Notes: generated from the sequence alone by a model not told the origin. A DNA stretch of 64,000 nucleotides from Candidatus Latescibacterota bacterium (GCA_965206595.1 OZ242214.1:2624001-2688000), one strand, 5' to 3'; positions 18,355 through 29,520 are shown, counted from the first letter of the stretch. A program made the numbers and translations.

Positions 18355-19730
18355 CCGGACCCTGCCCCGTTTCCACACCCCGTTCATCGAACCCAGCGGG
18401 CGGGTTTCCCGCACTGGGCTCTCGGACGAGATCATGCCTTCGCCCACGGAAAGCGGGTCGTGCGCGGTCCAAGGCGAGTCAGCCCGTGGTCTTGCCACAG
18501 GTACCGGTCCGGGAAGCGCACGTATTTCCCGCCTCCCACCTTGTGCTTACGACACAGCCACTGGCGCAACCGCCGGGTCGCGTGCCGGTCCACCGCGGCG
18601 TAGGCCGGGCTCACTTGGCCCAGGATGAAGTAGTTCGCCCACCCGGTCATGAGCCGGTTGAGGCGACCTACCACCACCTCCGGGGCCAGCAGTCCGGATC
18701 CCCGCGCGGTCAGCTCGCTGAGCCGGCGGCAGAGGCTTCGGACGCTCGCCGCGCTCGGGCGCGTGCCCAAGTAGGCCCGACCCGTGTCCCGGCGATAGAT
18801 GCGTCCGATCCGGTAGCCGAGGAACTCCATCGCCTCCTCCGGCACCCGGTAGCATCGGGTTTTCTCGGTGTTTATCGGCAGTCTCAGTTGCGCCATGAGC
18901 CGCTCGACCGCCGCCCGCATCGTGGCGGACGGGGCTTGGCCGAGCGCCCGGACGTCATCGGCGTACACGACGATCTCCGTCTGGAAGCGCCGGGCATAGC
19001 CCCGCACCTTCCAGCCGAGAATGAAGCGACGCAGGTAGATGTTGCTGAGCAGCGGAAAGATCGGCGCCCCCTGCGGGGTCCCTTGGCGCTCTCGACGCGC
19101 CCGGTTCGTGCGGCGGGTGCCGCCTTCCCCGTCGTCTTCCTCTACCGCCATCTCCAACCACGCCTTGATCCAGCCCAGCAGGCGCCCGTCGCTGAGGCGG
19201 CGGGCCAGGGACTTCATCAATTCCGCGTGGGGGATCTGGCCGAAGTAGTCCGACAGATCCGCGTCGACCACCTCCCGGTGGCCCGTGTTCAGCAGCCGAT
19301 GCACGCGCTGAACGGCGTCCAGCGCGCTGCGGCCCGGTCGATAGGCATACTGTCCGGGGGCAGGTCCGCTTCGAAAATCGGCGACAACACCATCATCGGC
19401 GCCGTCTGCGCTACCCGATCCCGGAGACAAGGGATGCCCAAGGGCCGGTACTTCCCACGTTGCTTCTTCGGAATCAGGACCTGCCGTACCGCCTGCGGCC
19501 GGTAGGTCCCTTCCTTCAGGTCCCGCGCCCGTTCCCCAAGCCACCGCTCCACTCCGTACGACTCGACGTCCGCTACCGTCTTGCCGTCCACCCGGCGGCG
19601 CCGCCATTACCGCGGACCTCCTGCCAGGCGACGGCCAGTACATCGGCGCGCCACACCTTGTCGCACAGCGAGTAGAATCGGAAGCCGGGAGCTTCCTTCG
19701 CTTTGGCATGTAGCGTCGTCTGGAAGCGTG
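18355..19730 (-). mobile_element. Degenerate group II intron: frameshifted RT/maturase plus domain V and partial domain VI
   Basis: AKAKEAPGFRFYSLCDKV, RPLGIPCLRDRVAQ, GTPQG, YADD, GWANYF in shifting frames; DV GAGCCCAGTGCGGGAAACCCGCCCGCTGGGTTC at ~18389-18421. Confidence 0.88.
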
Positions 19731-19731
19731 A

Positions 19732-19800
19732 TAGCCGGCGTAGTCCATTTTATCCCGGTTGTTGCGGGCGTAGCCCAGTTCGGTGGTCGCCTGGGGATGG
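19732..19800 (-). mobile_element. Short transposase-like remnant (ISKra4/ISLre2-like)
   Basis: ELGYARNNRDKMDYAGY abutting the truncated intron. Confidence 0.4.
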
Positions 19801-20330
19801 CGCGGTTGACCAGGTCGGGAGACTATGAGACAGATCGTTCGACACCTCGACATACTTCGGACCCTGCAAGCCCAGCGCCACGGTATGAATTTGGAGGAGG
19901 TCGGGTTTCTGCTCGACCAAACCCGGCGGGACGACCAGCACGTCTACTACCAGCTACAGAAAGAGGCGGGGATGCCGCTGAACTTTCCTGTCATGGTCGC
20001 GTCGATGCGCCCACGATGACATCGCCACTTCCACCAGTTGCGGCGCACGTTCAGGACCGACTTCATCGTCAAGCGCAACCTGCGCCCCCCAAATCGAAGT
20101 AGACCTGGCTCGAGGAGCTAACGACCACAAAGGAGCTTACCTGCCTTGACAGAGGGCTAAGAAGGTGCCTCCTTTCCCCAATATACCGGTCGGGTCTAAA
20201 GGGCTTCGGTCAAGCCGGGAACGCCGATGCAGGCTTGGAAGCTTTGTTGCAGGTGTGGGCGATACGGCCGTTTACGTCGCGGCGATCTAGGCGGACGACC
20301 TCGCCGCCGCCAGCGTAGGATCATGCTCTT

Positions 20331-20525
20331 ATGAACTGGTGTCAGCTACTGAACTCCTTACGACGCCGACAGACGACAATTTCGAGCGGTCCCCGCAGTG
20401 AATTCCAACGAGACTTCGACCGCTCGGTCTTTTCGACGCCAGTAAAGCGCCTGCAGGACAAGGCTCAAGTCTTCCCGCTGGAGGCGCACGACGCAGTGCG
20501 CACTCGCCTGACCCATTCGCTCGAG
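20331..20525 (+). pseudogene. dgt: dGTP triphosphohydrolase N-terminal fragment
   Basis: RSEFQRDFDR.VFS...KRLQDKAQVFPL...VRTRLTHSLE, then IS3 sequence. Confidence 0.85.
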
Positions 20526-21141
20526 CATCAATCGGGCGATGCGCTTGGGACTGACGCCGGGCCCCTCCTCGGCCAGTTCGACCCGTATCCTAGGCGCCCC
20601 GTAGGTGCCCCGAGAGCGTGGGTGGATCTGCTCGACGCGCCCCTTGAGCACGGCATCGGCTCGGGTGCCCGACGGCGGGCGTTTCAACCAAGCGTAGTAG
20701 CCGCTGGGGAGACCTTCAGCACGCGGAACATCGTCAGCACCGGAAAGGGGCTTGGTGCGCTCTCAGGAACTCGTAGACTGGCCGGACCCCGAGTCGGCCT
20801 CGGGAGCGAACCACGCCGTGGCTTTTGCCAAGATCTCCCGTTCTATACGCAGTTGCTTGTTCTCACGGGGAAGGCGCCGCAACTTCTCCTGCTCCGTACT
20901 GGAGGGCCCGTCGCGGCGCACCCCCTCGTCGCGTTCGGCCTAGATCACCCAGTTCCGGATCGTCTGCCCGGACGGCTCGAATTCCTTGGCCAGCGCTTCC
21001 GGGCTATACGACCCACTCGTACGAGTTCCACCATCTGTTGCCGGGTTTCCGGTGGATACGGACCATGTGGTTTCGACATGATTGGACACCCTCCTTTCCC
21101 TCTCCAAGAAATGAAGTGTCCACGAAATCGGGTCAACTCCA
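20526..21141 (-). mobile_element. IS3-family remnant (orfA + start of orfB)
   Basis: End TGGAGTTGACCCGATTTCGTGGACAC at 21141; PYPPETRQQMVELVR, YGAPRIRVEL, frameshifts and stops. Confidence 0.85.
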
Positions 21142-21163
21142 GGTAGTATGAAAAGGCTGACGC

Positions 21164-21502
21164 TTGGAACTCGCTTTCGAATCAAGGCAGCTCCGTTTGA
21201 TCTGTGAGAACGAAGCTTTTGCTAAGGAGCATCTTGGACTTGAGGTCGCTGCAGTTCTCAAACATCGCTTAGCGGACCTACGTGCTGCTAGTTCCATTGC
21301 TGACCTTATGGTGGGAAATCCTCGTCGACTTGCAACTGGAGCCCACAACTATTTGGCAGTGGACCTATGCCAAGGGTATCACATCCGTCTCACTCCGAAT
21401 CACCCCAAGAATCCGGTAAGCGTTACGGATGACCTTGACTGGAAAAAGGTTACCCGGATCAGGATAACTCACATACAGAGAGGGGATCATGACCAATCCT
21501 GA
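21164..21502 (+). CDS. HigB-like (RelE-fold) toxin
   Basis: LAFESRQLRLICE...RLADLRAA...DWKKVTRIRI; overlaps downstream antitoxin. Confidence 0.75.
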   Translation: MELAFESRQLRLICENEAFAKEHLGLEVAAVLKHRLADLRAASSIADLMVGNPRRLATGAHNYLAVDLCQGYHIRLTPNHPKNPVSVTDDLDWKKVTRIRITHIQRGDHDQS

Positions 21503-22604
21503 AGGATTCCGGCCTGATTGGATCTCTGCACCAGGGGATACCATTTTAGACATTCTGGAGGATCGGGAGATTTCACAGGAATCGTTTGGGAAGAGTATGG
21601 GCATCTCTAATTTGGAGACAAATTACCTTCTCAGCGGCCGCTCTACGGTAACAATGGCGATTGCTCGTCGGCTCACGAGAATACTCGGAGCTTCTGTAGA
21701 ATTCTGGATTACCCGCGATTTCCAATTTCGGCAAGATGCCAAACCCATAGAGGATGAGGAAGAAAATTGGCTTCGGCAACTTCCAGTGGGAGACATGATC
21801 AAGTTTGGATGGCTAGAACCGCCACCTCATCCATCAGAAGAATTCGAGGCGTGCAAAGCATTCTTCGCGGTGTCTAGTGTCCGTGAATGGCACCAGTATT
21901 ATGGAAGCCCCAGAGAAATGGCGTCCTATAGATCTTCGCCTTCCTTTGAGTCGCACCAAGGAGCGTTGGCAGCTTGGCTTAGGCAAGGCGAAATCCTGGC
22001 TACCAAGATTAACTGCCAGAAGTGGCACGCGGATAGATTCCAGAAGTCCTTAGCCAGAATTCGTGTGCTTACGCGCCAAAAAGACCCGAGTCGGTTTGTC
22101 CCACAGTTGCAGGAAGCGTGTTCGGAAAATGGAGTAGCCACGGTAATCGTTAGGTCGCCCAGTGGTTGCCGGGCAAGTGGTGCTACCAGATTCTTATCTC
22201 GAAACAAAGCTATTCTCCAACTCAGTTTTCGTTACCTAACGGACGATCAATTCTGGTTTACTTTTTTTCACGAGGCAGGTCATCTCCTGCTGCACGGGGA
22301 GAGGCGGTTCTTCTCAGCAACACTAGGAGACGAGAAACCTTGGATCTTAGAAGGTTTCGAGATGCCAGTCGCTGCGGGAGAAGAAGAAGAAGAAGAAGCA
22401 AATCAATTTGCCGCCGACAATTTAATTCCTTCGGAATTCCAGAGAAACCTTCTCTCGCTTCCTCCCGAGTCGAAAACAGTGCTCCGATTTGCCCGTCGCG
22501 TGGGGGTATCCAGCGGAATCATAGTAGGACAATTGCAGCATCACGGCCGAATCGGCTACGACCAGATGAACAGGCTCAAGCGGCGATTTGTATGGCAGGA
22601 TTGA
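21489..22604 (+). CDS. HigA-like XRE antitoxin fused to an ImmA/IrrE metallopeptidase domain
   Basis: SAPGDTILDILE HTH; DQFWFTFFHEAGHLLLH (HExxH); EEEANQFA. Confidence 0.88.
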   Translation: MTNPEGFRPDWISAPGDTILDILEDREISQESFGKSMGISNLETNYLLSGRSTVTMAIARRLTRILGASVEFWITRDFQFRQDAKPIEDEEENWLRQLPVGDMIKFGWLEPPPHPSEEFEACKAFFAVSSVREWHQYYGSPREMASYRSSPSFESHQGALAAWLRQGEILATKINCQKWHADRFQKSLARIRVLTRQKDPSRFVPQLQEACSENGVATVIVRSPSGCRASGATRFLSRNKAILQLSFRYLTDDQFWFTFFHEAGHLLLHGERRFFSATLGDEKPWILEGFEMPVAAGEEEEEEANQFAADNLIPSEFQRNLLSLPPESKTVLRFARRVGVSSGIIVGQLQHHGRIGYDQMNRLKRRFVWQD

Positions 22605-22605
22605 A

Positions 22606-23532
22606 CTAGCTGCGGAAGGGGATGAATCTGTGAGGGCTCTTCTGCCAGTTACAGAGAGCGTCCTCCAAGACCTGCATCCCGAGATTCAACTCGGACCCTA
22701 ATTCGACCAGCCACTGGTTGATTTGGGCTGGTGTTGCAGGGGTTCCGAACAAGAGACGGGCGCCCCGGATCGGGCCAGTCGAATTCTGAATGTACGGGGA
22801 GTCCGCCTCAACATTGGCTAGTCCTAACTTGCCTAACATGGTCAAATAGTCGAATCGAGCGGTCCTACCGAAACTAGCGATTTGCTCCATGCTGTGGTAA
22901 AGCTCACGGAAGGCCACCCGTGGAGACCCACGGGCATTCTGGAGGACTTGGTTCATTAGTCCCTCGTGGGTTCTGGGAGGCCCAACCCACTGAACATATG
23001 TTTGAACGGCGGCGCCAGTTCCGGTGGGGGAGTATGCATCGAGGCTTTGATACTTTCGATGGTTGCCAAACCCACCGGAGATTCTCAATGCATCTTGGTG
23101 GGAGGCTAACCACGCTCGAAAGCGGGCTGGATCGGCACTTGTGGTAGCCCAATCCCATCTGTGAGGTCCCCCAAGAGCGCCGTATACTTCGCGCGCATAC
23201 CGCCAGCCGCCTCGTTTATGTTTTCCGAAATGGACGAGGAAAAACACCATCCAGAAGGCTTCCTCCGTTTGGCCTTGGCGGTGAAAAACGATTGCGGCCC
23301 TCAGAGGGTCAAAATAGCCAGGATTAGAGGGTTCTGAACGACGTTGGGAAATGTCCCTTGTTCTGAGGACCGACACGAATCGGACGCGCCTTGTGCTCTC
23401 GATGACCTGGGCGACAAAGGATTCACGATGCGCGAGGTCTGCCAAGCCTAGAAGTTGGCGGCTATGCCGGTGAAACGCAGCTAACTGGTGGGAAAGTCGC
23501 TGCGCTGCGTGGCGGTCACGGGGCCTAATCAT
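22606..23532 (-). CDS. Alpha-glutamyl/putrescinyl thymine pyrophosphorylase clade 3-like protein
   Basis: FDPLRAA, FGNHRKYQSL, FGRTARFDYL, GPIRGARLLFG, LEDALCNWQKS; ATG 23532 overlaps upstream stop. Confidence 0.75.
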   Translation of the reverse strand: MIRPRDRHAAQRLSHQLAAFHRHSRQLLGLADLAHRESFVAQVIESTRRVRFVSVLRTRDISQRRSEPSNPGYFDPLRAAIVFHRQGQTEEAFWMVFFLVHFGKHKRGGWRYAREVYGALGGPHRWDWATTSADPARFRAWLASHQDALRISGGFGNHRKYQSLDAYSPTGTGAAVQTYVQWVGPPRTHEGLMNQVLQNARGSPRVAFRELYHSMEQIASFGRTARFDYLTMLGKLGLANVEADSPYIQNSTGPIRGARLLFGTPATPAQINQWLVELGSELNLGMQVLEDALCNWQKSPHRFIPFRS

Positions 23533-24356
23533 TCCCTTTCCTCGATCATCCGGGCGATCCAATCGCCGATTGCGAGAATGACCTCCTTTGTGACGCCAAA
23601 ACTGCTCTGAAGGTTATGGTTAAAGCCGAGAATAGAAAGATCGCGGTCAAGGGGAACCCCGCAAACGTCACTTATAACGCCTGTATAAGCGATACCTTTC
23701 ACCTTGTGACCTGAAGCTCTTCCTAAAAACCAATCTGGGACGACTTCTGCTGTCAGGCAAGACCCCGAAAGAGATTGGAAACCCCTTACGACGGAAGTGC
23801 CATTTAGGATTAGAGTCCGAACCGAGGAATCCCGAAGAATAGTAGCCAGGGTGTCTCCAGCTAGGGTAAGGAGTAGGGAGCGCTGTTGGTTAGGGAGATC
23901 CGCCCATTTGCTTAGTGTTGCATAGGGTACTAGATCTAGATGGCAAGCGTTAAATAGAGGTGGATAGTAGGAGACTCTAGCACCCCTAAGTATTGAGTCC
24001 AGCTTTTTGAACCAGACATCATAAGGATTGGAGGCAAAATAAGATCGGTAAGACTCAAGAATCGATTCAAGATGCCTAGCGTCGGCATCAGCCCAAGTCT
24101 GTAACCCCAGGGAGGCAAGGGTTGGAAATCTGCGGAGTTCTCCCTTCAACTCATTACCTGAGGCATCCATGAATTCCCGGGAACTAGGATTAATACCTAT
24201 AGTTGCTAGCTGGGGAGTGGACAAATCTCCGAAGGAAATAACCGGACAACTCCAAGGTATGATGCCGGCCTGAGTAGTCGTAGGCCTGTCGAGGTAATCT
24301 ATCAACTTGGCTGCGGCCGAAAGCACCCCATGAGGAGTCCGCCTAGGGGAGATCAT
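23529..24356 (-). CDS. Hypothetical protein, probable uracil-DNA-glycosylase-like fold
   Basis: PVISFGD...LATIGINPS..EF, HLDLVPYAT..W, LILNG. Confidence 0.55.
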   Translation of the reverse strand: MISPRRTPHGVLSAAAKLIDYLDRPTTTQAGIIPWSCPVISFGDLSTPQLATIGINPSSREFMDASGNELKGELRRFPTLASLGLQTWADADARHLESILESYRSYFASNPYDVWFKKLDSILRGARVSYYPPLFNACHLDLVPYATLSKWADLPNQQRSLLLTLAGDTLATILRDSSVRTLILNGTSVVRGFQSLSGSCLTAEVVPDWFLGRASGHKVKGIAYTGVISDVCGVPLDRDLSILGFNHNLQSSFGVTKEVILAIGDWIARMIEERE

Positions 24357-25084
24357 GTTAAGCGATTCATGTTAAGCGGTTATGGAGTCTGGTAATGTAA
24401 GGGTGGTAGACCTCTGAAGACATTTCCCCTTTTAGGTGTGAAATCTTCTTAAGATTATGGTCTTTGTAAGCTCGAAAGACCAAGAGCAGCCTAATGAGAT
24501 CGGACCAGTAAGAGGGTATAGTGTCAAGGGTGTTTGAGTCAAATTGCCCTTTAATCCTGATAGCGCGTTCTGCGGCGAGCACGAGGTCAATTGCTGCCTG
24601 GGGGTTTCCTTCGGGCATAGGCTCCATCACGTTCTGGGTAGGTTGCCAGCCCTCTTGGAGGAACCTTGTGGCCATTTCCTCATTTTTTGTGTACAAGTGG
24701 AGACTGCCGACCATGTGTTTATATCTCCCGAGGTTTGCAGAGAGAGTGCGGGCGATGATTTCCTGGATCATGGTAAAACAGAAAATGTCGTGAGGTAAAC
24801 CAACGTAAGCGTCGTTAGACCTCATGTGGGTAATCATCTGAAGGTGGTTGCGTCGGAGCATGAATTGGAGAGTACAGGTACACGGAACGTCCTTGTGTGG
24901 TACCAAAAGGTCATTTGCATCGAACAATTGAACTACCGCTTGTCGGGATTGGGGTTTCCGACGAAGAATAGTAACTACATTCTCAAACTGATTGAGCCCG
25001 CGCCAGTTGAATAGTCTTGGGCCGTAGCCACCAAAGAGCGTGGTTCCTTCTGCGTGCAATTTATAATCGGGGATGTAGTAGGAT

Positions 25085-26944
25085 CCTTTGTTATTCATTC
25101 AACCCGCGCATAAGCGGACATAGGCGCTTCCGAGACCCCTTTGCTTAGCCTCAGAGGCTTGCGTCCCTTCTATAGTCGGCTTTTTGGGTAGAGCCGTCTC
25201 CTTATCTCTACCGACCTTGTTGAAATTGTACGCGCCTTCTCGAAGACGCTTGCCTTTGCGAGCCCATCATCCCGACCGACCCGGCCTGCGCTTACGCCAT
25301 CGCCGCGTCCACCGGTTTGAGCGTGGCCAGAAATCTCCACAGACGATCCCAGGCAGCCGCCGTCCCTTGGGTCAGGATGACGCCCACCCTGCGCCCATGC
25401 AAGGTGACGCGGGACGGCAGGCGCAGGTAGCGCCGTCGAAAACTGTCCAGGCTCAGGGCCGTCGTCGAGCGTCCGTATGTGCGGGGCCGCCCGCGTCGGG
25501 CCTCGGCGCGTTCGGCGGCCTGGCGGCCCAGGTGAAGCAGGTTGTAGGCCAGCAGGTTCAAGGTCAGAAGCGCCTGGTTGGCAGCGAAGGCATCCCGGGA
25601 CGGGGTGCGCTGACGCGGCTCTCGACCCCGGTAGTGTTGCTTGCGACGGGTGGTAGAGGAGAGCTGAGGCTGGAGGGTGGAGCTCAACTCGCCGAGCATG
25701 CGCTCGAAAAGGCCGCGCTGACGATAAAAGGCGACCAGGTCGCGGCCGCTCATCGTCTGGGGACTCTGGTCGGTGATCAGGAAGAAGTGGCGGGCGATGG
25801 GCAGCTCTTCCGTCTCGGAAGGGACCAGGACCAACACCACCCGCCGGGGCTGCGCCCAGGACCTGGCTTGATAGCGCAGCTCGCGACAGCGAAAACCCTC
25901 TTCCCGCAGCTCTTCCGGGTGCTGCGCCAGCTCCTGCTGATAGCCTTCCACCCAGGCACGAGCCAGCTCCTCCAGGCGCGCATTCTTCTTGATGCGCGCC
26001 ACGTACGAGGTGTCGGCCCGCGCTTCCAGCTCACTCAGGAAAGACCCGCTCACCGAGGCCGCGTCGAAGCGCAGGATGAGGCGCCGGGCCAGATGCGACT
26101 GAATCCAGTCCAAGCGCTTGCCGAGAGCCTCTGAGGCGCCCTCATGGGCGTGCACGTTGCCCGGCCGCAGCACGGCACCGAAGAAATCGCCCGTCTGCGC
26201 CGAGCCGAGGAGCAGGGGATGGTACCCCGAGGCGTGGAAGTAGCCGTTGTATTCGACCCCCGCCTGGTGCCCGTGCGCCGGCATCGGCAGGGCATCCATG
26301 TCGACGGCCAACTCCTCGTATTTCATCCGTCCTTCCAGCAGCCGGCAACGAGACCGGGCGCTGCGCAGGACGGCTTCCTCCAACACCTCGCGGTTATAGG
26401 CAGTCGAGGCTTGCTCGAGCAGGCGCGACAGCGTCGGCTGACTGGCCAGTCCCTGCGGCCGGTCTTCGTCGCCGCTGCGCAACGGCGCCTGCCCTTTGCG
26501 ATCGCTGACCGCCAGACGCAGGATCGGATCTTGGCGCAACGCGTCGGCGTCGTCGGCGTGGGTCCAGCCCTGTGCCAGCAGCACGATCTGTGTGCGCAGC
26601 AGCTCCGGCAGCGGGTGCGTGATCTGGTCTTGGGTACGGAGATCCTCGAAGTGGGCGTCGACCCAATCCAGAACCCGGCTGTGTTCGAGCAGTTGACGCA
26701 ACATCAGCGCACCGGTGTCGCTGCCAAGGTGGGTGGGGCGGGCTTCGATGTGGATGGAGCGGTTGAAAGACGGCTGAATCGGCCCGGCTTGCTCGGACTC
26801 GGTGTGTGACGGTAATTCACCCATTGGGTGTCCTACTGTGTGATGGGTTCAAAGGGCGATACTGCCTTGTGTTTCCCTCTGAAATCTAAGCATGGGAGGC
26901 ACCCAGTACAGCCCTCTCCACTAAAATTCCATGAATAACAAGGG
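25085..26944 (-). mobile_element. IS1380-family element, copy 1 (1860 bp, intact)
   Basis: TIRs CCTTTGTTATTCAT / ATGAATAACAAGGG; 5-bp TSD AGGAT (25080-25084, 26945-26949). Confidence 0.92.
25292..26824 (-). CDS. IS1380-family transposase
   Basis: GSDTGALMLR, LASQPTLSRL, VDMD, HGHQ...YNGYF...YHPL, LRFDA, FYRQRG..E. Confidence 0.9.
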   Translation of the reverse strand: MGELPSHTESEQAGPIQPSFNRSIHIEARPTHLGSDTGALMLRQLLEHSRVLDWVDAHFEDLRTQDQITHPLPELLRTQIVLLAQGWTHADDADALRQDPILRLAVSDRKGQAPLRSGDEDRPQGLASQPTLSRLLEQASTAYNREVLEEAVLRSARSRCRLLEGRMKYEELAVDMDALPMPAHGHQAGVEYNGYFHASGYHPLLLGSAQTGDFFGAVLRPGNVHAHEGASEALGKRLDWIQSHLARRLILRFDAASVSGSFLSELEARADTSYVARIKKNARLEELARAWVEGYQQELAQHPEELREEGFRCRELRYQARSWAQPRRVVLVLVPSETEELPIARHFFLITDQSPQTMSGRDLVAFYRQRGLFERMLGELSSTLQPQLSSTTRRKQHYRGREPRQRTPSRDAFAANQALLTLNLLAYNLLHLGRQAAERAEARRGRPRTYGRSTTALSLDSFRRRYLRLPSRVTLHGRRVGVILTQGTAAAWDRLWRFLATLKPVDAAMA

Positions 26945-27664
26945 AGGATATGAAATCAAGTTCATTGGTGCCCGCCAAATACCATAGCAACTCACCCAAA
27001 CAACTGAAGGGTTTCCCTTTGGTCTCCGTCCGACTAATTCGGGCCAATGGATTTGAGATCTCAATGAGCGCGCCCGTTATTTCCTTCGCTTGGCCCTTGG
27101 TCGGTTCGATGAGTTCTCCGGATGACAGTAGCTCCTTAATGGCTAGCCGCATTACGTCGTCAAGAGTGTCGCCCGAGAAAGAGTGTGCGTCCATTTTGGC
27201 CCCTTTGGAGTGATCGGGGGTCTTTTTTGGACCGAGTCCGCTGGGCATTTACCACCGGGATAGGTTTGTGGTCAAAGGGCCAATCCTTGAGTACAAGGGA
27301 AGAGAAATTTCGTGACTACCGCTATGGGGATAGACACAAGGAGGAATCCAATGACGGACCCCGCGATTGATGCAATTAGAGGCTCTGATAACATCTCGGT
27401 CTTCTCCCTTTGGTTTAGTGGTGAGGTTGGAATGTTTCTCCGTGTTTGAGGTGAGATCCTTTGAATATAGCTCGGACTGGGGGTCGTCCCCCAAGTCTGT
27501 GGGGTCTGGGGTCTGTTGTTCCCGCTAACTCGGGCGGAGGGCGCACACTTCTCGCACTCGACGAAGCTACCACGCCAACCCCACCCCGCGCTGCCGCAGA
27601 TCCTCGCGGCGGCGCCCGTAATCCGGCATGATCCCCCCAAAGCGCCAATAACCGCATTTGGGCT

Positions 27665-28953
27665 TCATGGTTGGGGTTCCTCCTCGTTGAATTCCTCCCG
27701 GGCGAATCCTTCATCGTCCACATCCAGCAACTCAATCCTTCGCTTGCGGACGCCTATGCCGTGCTTGATGAGAAGATCAATCAGCTTTTCGCCGTCGATG
27801 AGCGTGATGGGGGCTGCCCCGGTCGCGAAGGCAGCCTCCTGGGTGCCCTTGGCAAATCGAGAGGTGGTGACGATGGTCCCACGAACCGCGTCGAAGCGAT
27901 AGAGCGAACCGCGGAGGTGCGTCGAGGGCGCTGCGGGGGACGCTTCCTCGATGGCGCTTCGCCTGCACGACTTCCCGGACCGACGTGATGCCCAGCTCAA
28001 TGTCGGCTACCACGTCGACGCCGCCGTCTCCCGACTGGGAAGTGACCTCCACGTTCTGGTAGTCCATCTCCTCCAACAGTCGCTTGATGAGGTGCTCGAA
28101 GTCGAAGGGGTCCATATCGTGGAGCATCTCATGCAGGGTTTGGCGAACCCGGGTTTGCTGCTGCCGAACCAGATTCCAGACTTCGTTGTCGTCTCCGGCG
28201 GCCTCGTCTCCGGTCTTCTTGAGGTAAGCCAAACCCTCCGGGGTCGCCGAGTAAGCAAACCTCCTCCGCTCGACCATTCCACGCTCAAGGAGGTTTTTCA
28301 GTCGGTAGCTCATCGTATTTCTGATAGTGGACTCGGCGCGGAAGGGGGAGCGGCCCCCCGCCAGGTACTCCCCCCACTCCTCGACGAACCCTCCCGCCCA
28401 TGCCGGACCGTTGTTCGCCACAATGAAGAGCAGCTTGACCAAGCCCTCGCCTTCATCGACAACCGCCTCGGTTTCACCCCCCGGATGCTTTTGGAAATCC
28501 CGGCCGGCTTGGGCGAGTTGAAGCACACCCTCTCCATCGACGCCGAGGAGCTGGTAATGCTGCGCGAGCTGCCAATGACCGTAGGTGAACCGGGGGTTCA
28601 CGGCACCTTTCGACTGATCCCAGATGGCCCGGGCCAGCTCGAGATCGTCGCCCGCGAGCCGCTGGGGGATCCAAGTGGCCGGATCGGTCCAGTCGACCAG
28701 TCTTCTGGGGAGTGCCGCGCAGTTCCAAGAGAGTAGATTGCAGACCGGTCACTTGCTTCCGCAGGCGACCGGGCCACACCCGCAGAAGATGGCGAACCTC
28801 CGAGTACACCGGGAAGTAGGGGATGCGAACCCGCACCTTGGCATCTTCGCTCGCCGCGCTGGCCTCTTCATTAGCGGCCCCGGCGACGGGGGCGACGTCG
28901 GGCTCGCGGAGCCCTCGCTGCACCCCTCTCAGGGAGAGGCCACTTCCGGCCAT
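27665..28953 (-). pseudogene. mrr: Mrr-like restriction endonuclease with two +1 frameshifts
   Basis: MDPFDFEHLIKRLLEEMDY, SGDGGVDV, VVQAKR, ITLIDGEKLIDLL; single extra bases near 28699 and 27917. Confidence 0.85.
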
Positions 28954-29283
28954 AGCTCCCCACTGCCATCAGTTTTCTCCATCGTTCCCCCCTTCTTTGC
29001 CATCGCCGCACATCCGGCATTCGACCTTCAGGTTCTTGAACGCTCTGTCTGTCTCCCATCGCCTGGGAATGTCCAGTTTCCAAATCCCCTGCTCTTGCCT
29101 CCAGCTCCAGGATTCGATGCCGACATGCAACATCGTCATGTTGCCGACGAACAGGGCCTCTGGTCCGCTGGCCCAACAGCCAAGGTAAGGGGGCAGTTCG
29201 AACGGGTACTGCTCCCGGTCGGGCGCAAGAATCCAGCTGACGGACAGGGGTTCCTTTGCGCTCCCGCAGGTCTCGCAATGGAA

Positions 29284-29520
29284 TCATGCATTCCTAAGCT
29301 TCTTTCCTCGCAACCGCTGGAATATCTGATCCCATTCCTCCCTCAGAGTCGCCGCCATGGCCTCTCGCTCTTCGTCCTTGGCGACCTCTGACAGTTCATC
29401 CCACACCCTCCTGCGTTCCTCCTTCTCCTTCTCCTGTTTCTCCTTCACGACCTGCCGGACCAGGAAGCCAACGCCAATGACGCCAGCAGCTCCGATCCCC
29501 GCCAGGATGGTTATTATCAA
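29284..29520 (-). CDS. Small single-TM coiled-coil protein
   Basis: Hydrophobic N-terminus followed by a charged helix. Confidence 0.45.
   Translation of the reverse strand: MIITILAGIGAAGVIGVGFLVRQVVKEKQEKEKEERRRVWDELSEVAKDEEREAMAATLREEWDQIFQRLRGKKLRNA

Larger units (their letters stand above)
24367..27194 (-). pseudogene. Thymidylate synthase-like gene interrupted by IS1380 (segments 27194-26945 and 25079-24367; 320 aa when rejoined)
   Basis: N-part GELLWYLAG; C-part YGPRL, SRQAV, DVPCT..LQF, MRSNDAYVGLPHD, GSLHLY; removing the IS and one AGGAT restores ...DFISYYIPDY... Confidence 0.9.

Noticed and set aside
18320-18355. Possible IS terminus with CTAG interrupting intron domain VI
   Set aside because: No second end or transposase to assign it.
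18432-19730. RT as a retron, DGR or defence RT
   Set aside because: Maturase domain and domain V identify a group II intron; multiple frameshifts.
22378-22398. GAA trinucleotide run
   Set aside because: Encodes a short poly-Glu in frame; length change would not switch phase.
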